Assembly (NCBI GenBank): GCA_041609855.1
Contig: JBFIPZ010000001.1
Location: forward strand, 1,491 to 65,490
DNA from: Nitrosopumilaceae archaeon
GTDB taxonomy: Archaea > Thermoproteota > Nitrososphaeria > Nitrososphaerales > Nitrosopumilaceae
Length of the DNA stretch: 64,000 nt
Reading direction: 5' to 3'
Shown here: piece after piece, positions 56,672-64,000 of the stretch
Position numbering within the stretch: the stretch's first letter is position 1
How the letters are laid out: every line of letters begins with the position of its first letter
Notes under the pieces: generated by a model
Seen by the model: only the letters and a program-made list of their open reading frames with translations
Database searches by the model: none
Told to the model about the DNA's origin: nothing
Program-made: the position numbers and the translations under genes

Positions 56672-57337
56672 ATGAAAACTCTAATCCTATTAATTTTTCT
56701 CACTGGGTTTCTTTTTTCACCTGCATTTGCTCAGGAAGTCAAAAACCCCTCTGTCATTATTGATACAATAGAAATTCCATTTGAGGAGTTTAATAAAATT
56801 TCAAGGGAGGCAATAATAATTGATTTACAAAATGACCATGCAATAAGCTGGCAATTAACTATTGATAACAATCTTGTATATGAAAATCCTAAAGGAAATG
56901 GAGTTTTCAAATTTTATGATAAAAATTCTGACAAATTTGTAGAAATAGGTATGGGTGCGCCACCTGATGAAAAATTTTGGGTTGCGGTAAATACTGAAAA
57001 AGAAGGATATGTAGTTGTACAAAGAGACCTAGAAAGAGGTTGGTATCCTGCAACCAAATTAATAATATCATATACTGAACGAGGTGGATTAACTGTAAAC
57101 AATGGAGCAAGAATTACCGTTTCGAATCTAAATATAGGCTCATTTGTAATTGATTCATATTCTGTTTATGGAATGGAGAGTCCCACTGATCCTCCAGCAG
57201 TAAATTCTGGTAGTATGATAGTTGAAATTCTTTCAGGAGATCCATCGGAAAATGTAATTGCCTTATTTCCTTTTTATCTAGCAGCTGCTATTGGAATTAT
57301 TGTGGGAATTTTATTTTTAACTAAAAAGAGAACTTAG
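56672..57337 (+). CDS. secreted protein with a C-terminal membrane anchor
   Basis: A signal peptide (LILLIFLTGFLFSPAFA) and a terminal TM helix plus basic stop-transfer (LAAAIGIIVGILFLTKKRT). Confidence 0.55.
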   Translation: MKTLILLIFLTGFLFSPAFAQEVKNPSVIIDTIEIPFEEFNKISREAIIIDLQNDHAISWQLTIDNNLVYENPKGNGVFKFYDKNSDKFVEIGMGAPPDEKFWVAVNTEKEGYVVVQRDLERGWYPATKLIISYTERGGLTVNNGARITVSNLNIGSFVIDSYSVYGMESPTDPPAVNSGSMIVEILSGDPSENVIALFPFYLAAAIGIIVGILFLTKKRT

Positions 57338-57998
57338 ATTTGTAATATTTACAATTTTTTTTGATCTTACAAACATCACACATTGGAGATATTGGTTTAC
57401 AAATATTCTGACCATACATTACAAAGGTATCGTTTATTTCAAGCCAAAATTTTTTCGGAATTTGCTCCATCAATTCAAATTCTGTTTCTTCCGGGGTTTT
57501 TGTATCAACTAAACCTAGTCGATTTGATATTCTATGAACATGAATATCAACAGGTATAGCTGGTTTATCATACGCATAAACTAAAACACAATTTGCCGTT
57601 TTTCTTCCAACCCCTGGAAGTCCTACTAATTTTTCAAGGTTATCTGGTACTTTTCCTTTATATTTAGAATCAATAATCTTTGCAACTTCAATAATTCTTT
57701 TAGCTTTAACATGGTAAAATCCAATTGGCTTGATAATTTTTTCAACATTTTTTAATTTGGCATTTGCAAGGTCCTTTGCATTTTTGTATTCAGAAAACAA
57801 AGCTTTTACAACTTTAGTAGTACTTTCATCTTTTGTACGGGCAGATAATATGGTTCCAATCAGTATGCTAAAGGGACCTCCTGTTTCTGCCTCGTGGAGT
57901 TCTCTAAGAGCTGTCATTCTTGGTGGCTTGACAGAATTCATTGTGTTCTTCATCCCTTGTAAAATTTTTTTCATCACTACCAAATTTTTTACGTACAA
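57321..57998 (-). CDS. nth: endonuclease III (DNA glycosylase/AP lyase)
   Basis: HhH-GPD motif LVGLPGVGRKTANCVL and a C-terminal 4Fe-4S loop CKPISPMCDVCKIKKNC. Confidence 0.9.
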   Translation of the reverse strand: MYVKNLVVMKKILQGMKNTMNSVKPPRMTALRELHEAETGGPFSILIGTILSARTKDESTTKVVKALFSEYKNAKDLANAKLKNVEKIIKPIGFYHVKAKRIIEVAKIIDSKYKGKVPDNLEKLVGLPGVGRKTANCVLVYAYDKPAIPVDIHVHRISNRLGLVDTKTPEETEFELMEQIPKKFWLEINDTFVMYGQNICKPISPMCDVCKIKKNCKYYKSKFSF

Positions 57999-58023
57999 GT
58001 ATTATATCTGTAATAATCAATAA

Positions 58024-59184
58024 TTGTTATTGGAACTAACAAGGGAAGAAGAATCTGCCTTAAAAGGTGACCAAGGTGAGACCATGCAGACAGCTTATAG
58101 AATTTTGGTGGCAACCGGGGAGGCAACTGATGCAGAAAAACTAATTCCAATAGAGTGGGCCCATCTTTCCGGTGTTAATTATAATACAATTGGTGATGCT
58201 GGTGAGGAATTTCTCTCAAAAATTAGTAAAGATGCTAGAGTAAAGGTGAAGACCAGTCTTAATCCCATGGGATTTGATATTGACAATGTTTTAAATTATA
58301 ATTTAGAGGATAATTTCATCTCAAAACAACTTTCCATTAAACAATCATATGAAACAATGGGAGTTATCCCTTCATTTTCTTGCATACCTTACGAAATTTT
58401 TGATATTCCAAAAAAGGGAACACAGGTATCTTTTGCTGAAAGTAATGCTGCAATTCACGCAAATTCTTTTGATAATTTAAAAACAAACAAAGAAAGTGCA
58501 TTTAGTGCTTTGGCAAGTGCTTTGACAGGTAAAAGCCCATATTCTTCGCTAAGAAAAGAAACTTCACCAAAACTCACAATTCGAATGAAAGTTGAGAATC
58601 CTAATGAGCTGACTTTTGGAATGCTTGGATTTTTTGCTGGGAAGGTTGGAAATGAATCAGTAAACATTTCCGGAATTGGACAGATGGATCGTCGAAGCTG
58701 TAAATCACTTTGCGGGGGAATGGGTACTTCAGGTACATGTGCAAAATTTAATTTCGATGAAAATGATCAAGAATCTGAAAAAATTGATTTTGATAAAAAC
58801 GAGATGTCTAAAATTTATGATGAATTAAACACATCCGAAAAAGGGGATTTAATTACTCTTGGAAGTCCTCAACTGGGATTAGAAGAAATTTCAGATTTAG
58901 TTGTAATGCTCAAAGGAAAGTCTTTCAAAAAAAGATGTATGATATTTTGTCCTAGATCTGTAAAAGAACAAGCTACAAAAATAGGACATACCAACCAACT
59001 GGAAAAAGCAGGATGTGAAATCCTTTCAGATTGTTGTACTTGTCTAACACCATTGATAAGGAAAGAAGAAGTTGATGGAGTAACCACAAATAGCATTAAA
59101 GGAGCTTACTATCTTAAAAATTCTAATGGTGTAGATGTAAATCTAAAATCACTATCTGAAATTATTCAAGATGAGACCAGATGA
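58024..59184 (+). CDS. aconitase X (DUF521) catalytic subunit, probable phosphomevalonate dehydratase large subunit
   Basis: The N-terminus LKGDQGETMQTAYRILVATGEATDAEKLIPIEWAHLSG is typical of AcnX. Conserved Cys are present (SFSCIPY, SDCCTCLTP). The start codon is TTG. Confidence 0.78.
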   Translation: MLLELTREEESALKGDQGETMQTAYRILVATGEATDAEKLIPIEWAHLSGVNYNTIGDAGEEFLSKISKDARVKVKTSLNPMGFDIDNVLNYNLEDNFISKQLSIKQSYETMGVIPSFSCIPYEIFDIPKKGTQVSFAESNAAIHANSFDNLKTNKESAFSALASALTGKSPYSSLRKETSPKLTIRMKVENPNELTFGMLGFFAGKVGNESVNISGIGQMDRRSCKSLCGGMGTSGTCAKFNFDENDQESEKIDFDKNEMSKIYDELNTSEKGDLITLGSPQLGLEEISDLVVMLKGKSFKKRCMIFCPRSVKEQATKIGHTNQLEKAGCEILSDCCTCLTPLIRKEEVDGVTTNSIKGAYYLKNSNGVDVNLKSLSEIIQDETR

Positions 59185-59573
59185 AAAAAATTTTAGTTAA
59201 AGGAAAAGTTAAAGGAACCATCCTAAAATCCCAAAAACCAATTAATTTTCTGGGAACAATGGATAAAAAAACTGGGATAATAAATGACGAGCATCATGAC
59301 TTGTTCCAAAAATCTGTAAAAGGCACAATTTTGGTATTTCCCTATGGAATAGGTAGCAGTGTAGGTGCTTACACAATCTATTCAATCAAATCTAATAACT
59401 CTGCCCCAATTGCTATGATTTGCAAAAAGGTGGATCTTACTGTAGCAACCGGATGTGCATTAGCAAATATTCCTCTTGTAACAACAACAAAAGAAGAATT
59501 CTCATCACTTGAAAATGGTAAAAAAATATTATTAGATACTGATTCTTCTAATCCAATAACTTTTCTTGAATAA
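59181..59573 (+). CDS. aconitase X swivel-domain (DUF126) small subunit
   Basis: 130 aa. Contains GTILKSQKPINFLGTMDKKTGII...GTILVFPYGIGSSVGAY. Its ATG overlaps the large-subunit stop (ATGA). Confidence 0.75.
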   Translation: MKKILVKGKVKGTILKSQKPINFLGTMDKKTGIINDEHHDLFQKSVKGTILVFPYGIGSSVGAYTIYSIKSNNSAPIAMICKKVDLTVATGCALANIPLVTTTKEEFSSLENGKKILLDTDSSNPITFLE

Positions 59574-60165
59574 CTTCTCCATTAGGCTCCATCTCTTTGA
59601 AGACAATTCCTTCAAATTTTTTTATTTCAGTTTCTAAATTTTTCCAATAATCCTTTGGTAATCCAGCTTTTTCACAAGTATGTTCAATAAATTCCTGCTC
59701 ATTCCATCCATATTCTATAGGAACTTGAGGTAAAAGTAATCCTGAACTATAATCATACTTTACAATTAATCCATCTCGCCCCACTTGGATTTTTGATAAA
59801 TATTCCTTAGGATCACTTACCTCTATTTTTATTGGGGGTGTTAGAACAGTCACCTCAAAAGTAATTGAATCAAGTTCTTCAAGTCTCACTGGAGGAAATC
59901 TCGGATCTTCAATAGCTGCTGAGATGGCTGCATCTTCAAGAGCATTAAATAATTTTTTATCTGGTAAAGGATATCCTATACAACCACGCAAACCTATTGA
60001 AGTATTCAAAGTTACAAAAACCCCAGCTTTGAAGGAAAAATTTTCTTGAAATCCCTTCTCCAATTTGATTCTGATTCTATTTTTCAGAAATTCTGTTACA
60101 ATTTTCCTTGCAGTTCTTACAAGAATTTCACCGTCTTTCTCTGAAATCTTCAATTTATCTTCCAA
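59548..60165 (-). CDS. AMMECR1-domain protein
   Basis: Contains GVFVTLNTSIGLRGCIGYP and LLPQV, both hallmarks of AMMECR1. Confidence 0.85.
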   Translation of the reverse strand: MEDKLKISEKDGEILVRTARKIVTEFLKNRIRIKLEKGFQENFSFKAGVFVTLNTSIGLRGCIGYPLPDKKLFNALEDAAISAAIEDPRFPPVRLEELDSITFEVTVLTPPIKIEVSDPKEYLSKIQVGRDGLIVKYDYSSGLLLPQVPIEYGWNEQEFIEHTCEKAGLPKDYWKNLETEIKKFEGIVFKEMEPNGEVIQEKLLD

Positions 60166-60652
60166 TTATTTCACTCACAAATTTTTGAAGATTTTTAATA
60201 TGCGTTCCTTCCCAAAAAATTTTATTGCAAACTTTACATATCCAAAATTTTTCATTGTATTCTAAAACTTTTGTAGGAATTTTTTCGTGAATATTTTTTT
60301 TTAAAACCAATTCGGTTTTAGAGTTACATTTTGGACATCGTGCCCTTTCGCCATTTATACTAATTGTTTTCAAATTCAAATTTTTTATCATATCACGAAA
60401 TTGCTCAATTTCTTCATTATTTTTTAAAAAAATAGCCTCAAGTCCAAACTTTTTTGCTTGACCTACCAAATTTTTATCTTTTGAAATAATAATTCGTTTA
60501 TCCTTCTTTGCAAGTCTAATTAATTCATCGTCTTCTATATCTGCTAAATATTTAGTATCATAACCCATAATTCTTAATTTTTTTGCAATATTTCCCAACA
60601 TTGCATCTACGAAAAATATTGGTTCAATTTTATTGTCATGAGGCATCACCAT
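60155..60652 (-). CDS. Mut7-C (DUF82) PIN-like ribonuclease with a C-terminal zinc ribbon
   Basis: Contains FFVDAMLGNIAKKLRIMGYDT and CPKCNS...CKVCNK. The start is set at the internal ATG 60652 (or 60646), just after the NFACT stop. Confidence 0.75.
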   Translation of the reverse strand: MVMPHDNKIEPIFFVDAMLGNIAKKLRIMGYDTKYLADIEDDELIRLAKKDKRIIISKDKNLVGQAKKFGLEAIFLKNNEEIEQFRDMIKNLNLKTISINGERARCPKCNSKTELVLKKNIHEKIPTKVLEYNEKFWICKVCNKIFWEGTHIKNLQKFVSEIIGR

Positions 60653-62552
60653 AACCCACTTCCTTAATCTGACTTTGACCAGCTGGAAGGACACGGACAA
60701 AGTCATCTATGCTTATTTGTTTTGTAATTTCTTCCTCTAACTTTGAAAACTCTAACCTAATTTTTTTTGCCACTTCAACCATATCTGAGCCATGAGGTTC
60801 AATAATTGCAAAACAAATAGAATTTTTTTTAATTGGTGTAGGTGGGCCAGATGTCAAAATAAAATGATCATCTTGTGGTACGATACCAACAGCTAATTTC
60901 AGGGATGGTATATTTACAAAATTTCTTTTACCTTCAATAGTAAAAGATCCTTTTGGAAGAAATTGACCACTCGGGGCTGATTTTTTTACCTGGTTAGGGA
61001 AAACCCAAAAAGCACTAAGACCATGCATCCCTTCTCTCCAAGCTCTGCTAAAACAAACTGTCGCATGAGCTACCTCATTCATACTAAGCATAGATGGATT
61101 TTCAGCGTCTTTTAATATAAAAAATGGGGATCCAAAAATATCTCCATGAAAAATTCGGTCATTCTTACCAAGATGCTTCCTAACAACCGCCGAATTTGAT
61201 GGAGCATCACGCCCTCCTATTGCAAGCATTCCATCAGAAGTAAAAAACCATCTATAACGCTCATACCAATTTTTTTTCCTAACTTCTGAAACTAAAACCT
61301 CTTTTTGGTCCAACTCAGTTTTATTTTTTAATTTCTCAAGTTTTTTCTGGGTTTTATGTTTGATCTGTTCAATCGATTTAATTGCACCAGATTGTCGTTT
61401 TGCTTCGTTGAACAATCCTGAGGCGATCGACTGGAGAGGTGCTTGTGGATTTATTTTTATTTTTTCTTCTCTTATTACAATTAAAGAGACTCCTTTTTCT
61501 TTAATTAATTGGGCATGGTGTTCACCTAGAATACTTTGAGCGTTAGAATCTTCTATGGAGATTATTCCTTTTGATACCATCTCAAATAGAGAATTTGCAA
61601 GATTTGTAATGTATTTCGATTTTTCCTTTACTGTTTCAATGGCTTTTTCCTGTTCAGATAATTGAGTTTCTAGGTCCTTAATTTTTTTGTCAGATTCACT
61701 CGTTTGTATACTTCGTCCTTTTTTTAAAATATTTTCCGTAAAAACAGTATCTAATCCTTCCATGAAACTTTTAACAGAGGTACATTTTTCTTCTAATTTC
61801 CCGAATTTAATGGGAACTACCTCAGTTTTGTCATTATGTATTATTATTGGATCATGATTACCTGAAGTTACATTTTTAACAATGGTTTTAGTTGTTTGAA
61901 AAATTTTTTGAACTTCTTCATTACTTAAACTAGATCCAATTTTTTTTGAATCAATATTAGCTAATTCAAATATGCCTTCAACATATTTTTTTGGCAACCC
62001 CAAGGTTCTTCCAAGCCACTTTCCTCCAATTAATTCAGAATTTTTAAGTTCTTTAAAATTTGCATCTGTAATATTAAAAATATCGATTCCACTTTGAGGT
62101 GGTGCCACATATTTTGTTCCCACCACTAACTTACGATGTCTTACATCTATAGAGTGCTGTAAGGCTAGAATTTTCATTTCTTCATTACAAAGTAAAATAT
62201 TTCCTTCACCAAAAAATTCACCAATAATTACAAATTCCTTATCAAACCCCGTAAATGTAAAATATGCTATCCTTTCAGATCCAATCTGCTCTATTTTTTT
62301 TATTTTAAATCTTAGAAGATCACTTCGTAATCGTTTTAATAATTTATTTGGTTCTATTTGATCTATTTTTACAGAAGTTAACCAAACTCCAGAAGTAGAA
62401 ATCATCATAAAAATATCTGATTTTTCTGGATGGTGTAATTTGAATAAAATACTATCCCTAGTTATTCCCCAAATATTACTAACATAGTAACCTTGTACTT
62501 CTTTTGAAATTTTATTCACTAAATAATTCAGCTCAATACCGGCAAGGGTCAT
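60636..62552 (-). CDS. NFACT-family protein (Rqc2/RqcH/FbpA homologue, ribosome quality control)
   Basis: The NFACT-N start is MTLAGIELNYLVNKI. A central coiled coil follows, then a DUF814/NFACT-R block WFFTSDGMLAIGGRDAPSNSAVVRKHL...FHGDIFGSPFFIL. I start it at ATG 62552 rather than 62690. Confidence 0.85.
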   Translation of the reverse strand: MTLAGIELNYLVNKISKEVQGYYVSNIWGITRDSILFKLHHPEKSDIFMMISTSGVWLTSVKIDQIEPNKLLKRLRSDLLRFKIKKIEQIGSERIAYFTFTGFDKEFVIIGEFFGEGNILLCNEEMKILALQHSIDVRHRKLVVGTKYVAPPQSGIDIFNITDANFKELKNSELIGGKWLGRTLGLPKKYVEGIFELANIDSKKIGSSLSNEEVQKIFQTTKTIVKNVTSGNHDPIIIHNDKTEVVPIKFGKLEEKCTSVKSFMEGLDTVFTENILKKGRSIQTSESDKKIKDLETQLSEQEKAIETVKEKSKYITNLANSLFEMVSKGIISIEDSNAQSILGEHHAQLIKEKGVSLIVIREEKIKINPQAPLQSIASGLFNEAKRQSGAIKSIEQIKHKTQKKLEKLKNKTELDQKEVLVSEVRKKNWYERYRWFFTSDGMLAIGGRDAPSNSAVVRKHLGKNDRIFHGDIFGSPFFILKDAENPSMLSMNEVAHATVCFSRAWREGMHGLSAFWVFPNQVKKSAPSGQFLPKGSFTIEGKRNFVNIPSLKLAVGIVPQDDHFILTSGPPTPIKKNSICFAIIEPHGSDMVEVAKKIRLEFSKLEEEITKQISIDDFVRVLPAGQSQIKEVGYGDAS

Positions 62553-62656
62553 AGAAAAATATTCAAAGAGTGAAATTATATCCTTACGGTCTATTATACT
62601 TATTTTCTGACCAAAGATTTTAAACGAGGATAAATGGAGACACACTAGAAATTTAC

Positions 62657-63133
62657 TTGGCAAAACATAAAAAGAAAATATCAAAACCAACTCCTAATCC
62701 TAAAGATTCTAAAAAGGATCCAATTGAAAGTACACCTGAGGATACTCCAGAAATTGAATCGACCGAACCTCCAACTAATCCTCCTTCCGAACCTGAAACA
62801 AACCAGGCTGAAAATAGTGAAAAAGATAGAAAACTAAACAAATTATTTTGGCTAAGAGTTTGTCTAGCTATTATTGCAGGTACCATAGCCACTTTTATCT
62901 TTGAAGACATTGAAGGGGAGGAAAGACGCTGGGCTTCAATCGGTTTTATGATTATTATTTTTGCTGGAACCATAGTTATAGCCAAAGGAATGAAAATGCA
63001 GTTACCCTCTTCTGATAGAAAAAAAATTGTTACACAAGGAATTGGAAGCTATATTTTCTTGTATTTGTTTACTTGGATTGTAACATACACTCTAGTTCAC
63101 GCAGGAAGTGCTTCCAGTGGAATTAATCTGTAA
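62657..63133 (+). CDS. membrane protein with a Pro/Glu-rich N-terminal tail
   Basis: 158 aa from a TTG start. A low-complexity N-terminus is followed by three TM helices. Confidence 0.5.
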   Translation: MAKHKKKISKPTPNPKDSKKDPIESTPEDTPEIESTEPPTNPPSEPETNQAENSEKDRKLNKLFWLRVCLAIIAGTIATFIFEDIEGEERRWASIGFMIIIFAGTIVIAKGMKMQLPSSDRKKIVTQGIGSYIFLYLFTWIVTYTLVHAGSASSGINL

Positions 63134-63164
63134 ATTTATCCTTAAAACCAAAGGAAAATAGCTT

Positions 63165-63755
63165 ATGTGGAATTATAAAACTCCCGGTATTCCAGATGAT
63201 TTTTTTGAACGAACGGAAAAAGTCCCCATTACAAAAGAAGAAGTTAGAGTAATACAATTAAGTAAAGCACGATTAAGTTCTGGACAAACTGTGTTTGATA
63301 TAGGATGTGGAAGTGGTTCCATTTCAATTGAAGCGGCATTTCAGGTAGAAAACTCTGGGAAAGTAATCTCAATTGATTATGATTCAAATGCAATAAATTT
63401 AACAAAAAAAAATATTGATAAATTTGGAGTTTCTAACGTTTCAGTTATTTTTGGTAACGCCAAAGAAAAAATTCCAGAATTAGAAATTGCTGATGCTATA
63501 TTTATTGGAGGAACAGGGGGAGATACAAAAGAAATTGTGGAATTGTGCCAAGATAAACTAAAACCTGGTGGAAGAATAGTAATTGGAATTATCTTAATTG
63601 AAACTCTTTATTCTGTTTTATCCATTCTCGATAAATTAGAGTTTAATTCCGTTGACATTACTCAAGTTACTATTTCGAAGAGTAGAAAAACTACTAAAGG
63701 TACCATGATGTTAGCTAGAAACCCTGTAACGATTATTTCGGCAACTAAAATTTAA
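63165..63755 (+). CDS. cbiT: cobalt-precorrin-6B C15-methyltransferase (decarboxylating), CbiT
   Basis: Contains PITKEEVRVIQLSKARL and the SAM-binding motif VFDIGCGSGSISIEAA. Confidence 0.85.
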   Translation: MWNYKTPGIPDDFFERTEKVPITKEEVRVIQLSKARLSSGQTVFDIGCGSGSISIEAAFQVENSGKVISIDYDSNAINLTKKNIDKFGVSNVSVIFGNAKEKIPELEIADAIFIGGTGGDTKEIVELCQDKLKPGGRIVIGIILIETLYSVLSILDKLEFNSVDITQVTISKSRKTTKGTMMLARNPVTIISATKI

Positions 63756-63791
63756 TCTAGCTTTTTAATTGGGAAGAAATTCCCTATATTC

Positions 63792-64000
63792 ATGCCTGAA
63801 CTTATCGGAATCGGAGTAGGACCAGGAGATCCAGAATTACTAACAGTAAAAGCTGTTAACGCGATTCACAATGCTGATGTAATAATGTGCCCTGCCTCAA
63901 AAGAGGATAGACCCAGTATCGCCTTGTCTGTAGTATCAAATTTAATTGATAAATCTAAAAATCAGGAAATTGTACGCTTAATTTTTCCTATGACAAAAGA
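63792..64000 (+). CDS. cbiL: precorrin-2/cobalt-factor-II C20-methyltransferase (CbiL/CobI), 5' part; runs off the window end
   Basis: Manual translation gives MPELIGIGVGPGDPELLTVKAVNAIHNADVIMCPASKEDRPSIALS..., the tetrapyrrole methylase N-terminus. The frame is open to the end of the window. Confidence 0.8.
   Translation, partial: MPELIGIGVGPGDPELLTVKAVNAIHNADVIMCPASKEDRPSIALSVVSNLIDKSKNQEIVRLIFPMTK

Noticed and set aside
62553-62690. 46-codon N-terminal extension of the NFACT gene
   Set aside because: The extension is hydrophobic junk-like sequence that overlaps the divergent gene start. The conserved NFACT-N domain begins at the ATG at 62552.
62653-62985. 110-aa minus-strand ORF
   Set aside because: It is antisense to the plus-strand membrane protein 62657-63133. 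That protein has a coherent TM topology and sits in the same-strand run with cbiT and cbiL.

Overview
AT-rich, densely coded chromosomal segment. The gene content points to a marine ammonia-oxidising thaumarchaeon (Nitrosopumilus-like): thermosome, both PolD subunits, Orc1/Cdc6, TFB, a CdvB/ESCRT-III paralogue, GGGP synthase, AcnX-type mevalonate-pathway genes, archaeal preQ0 genes and cobalamin genes. I found no rRNA, convincing tRNA, CRISPR array, transposase or integrase. Most of the window is housekeeping: glnA, glyA, polD, orc1/cdc6, cdc48, tfb, sat-cysH, cysC-cysQ, thrB, nth and queCE/folE. Eight things deserve a second look. (1) A candidate replication origin at 12.33-12.80 kb lies beside orc1/cdc6, with ORB-like repeats and a dense TGTTAAC array. 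(2) A 6.3-kb block at 27.4-33.7 kb holds eight consecutive USP or CBS genes. It ends in a 4xCBS protein whose C-terminal ~110 aa look like a bacterial HPF/RaiA ribosome-hibernation domain, followed by a PAC2 protein with a terminal HbYX motif and an Hsp20. This is my best candidate for an undescribed system. (3) A 118-bp near-identical inverted repeat covers the 5' ends of two otherwise diverged USP genes. (4) Two GC-rich structured elements sit just 3' of minus-strand genes. (5) Two membrane-tethered winged-helix regulators are present, one in a four-gene secreted-protein locus. (6) An NFACT/Mut7-C/AMMECR1 operon is present. (7) There is a ThiI-like protein with a degenerate PP-loop. (8) A secreted cyclophilin carries a CFI-box-like C-terminal module. 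All functional calls come from motif recognition by eye, without any database search.
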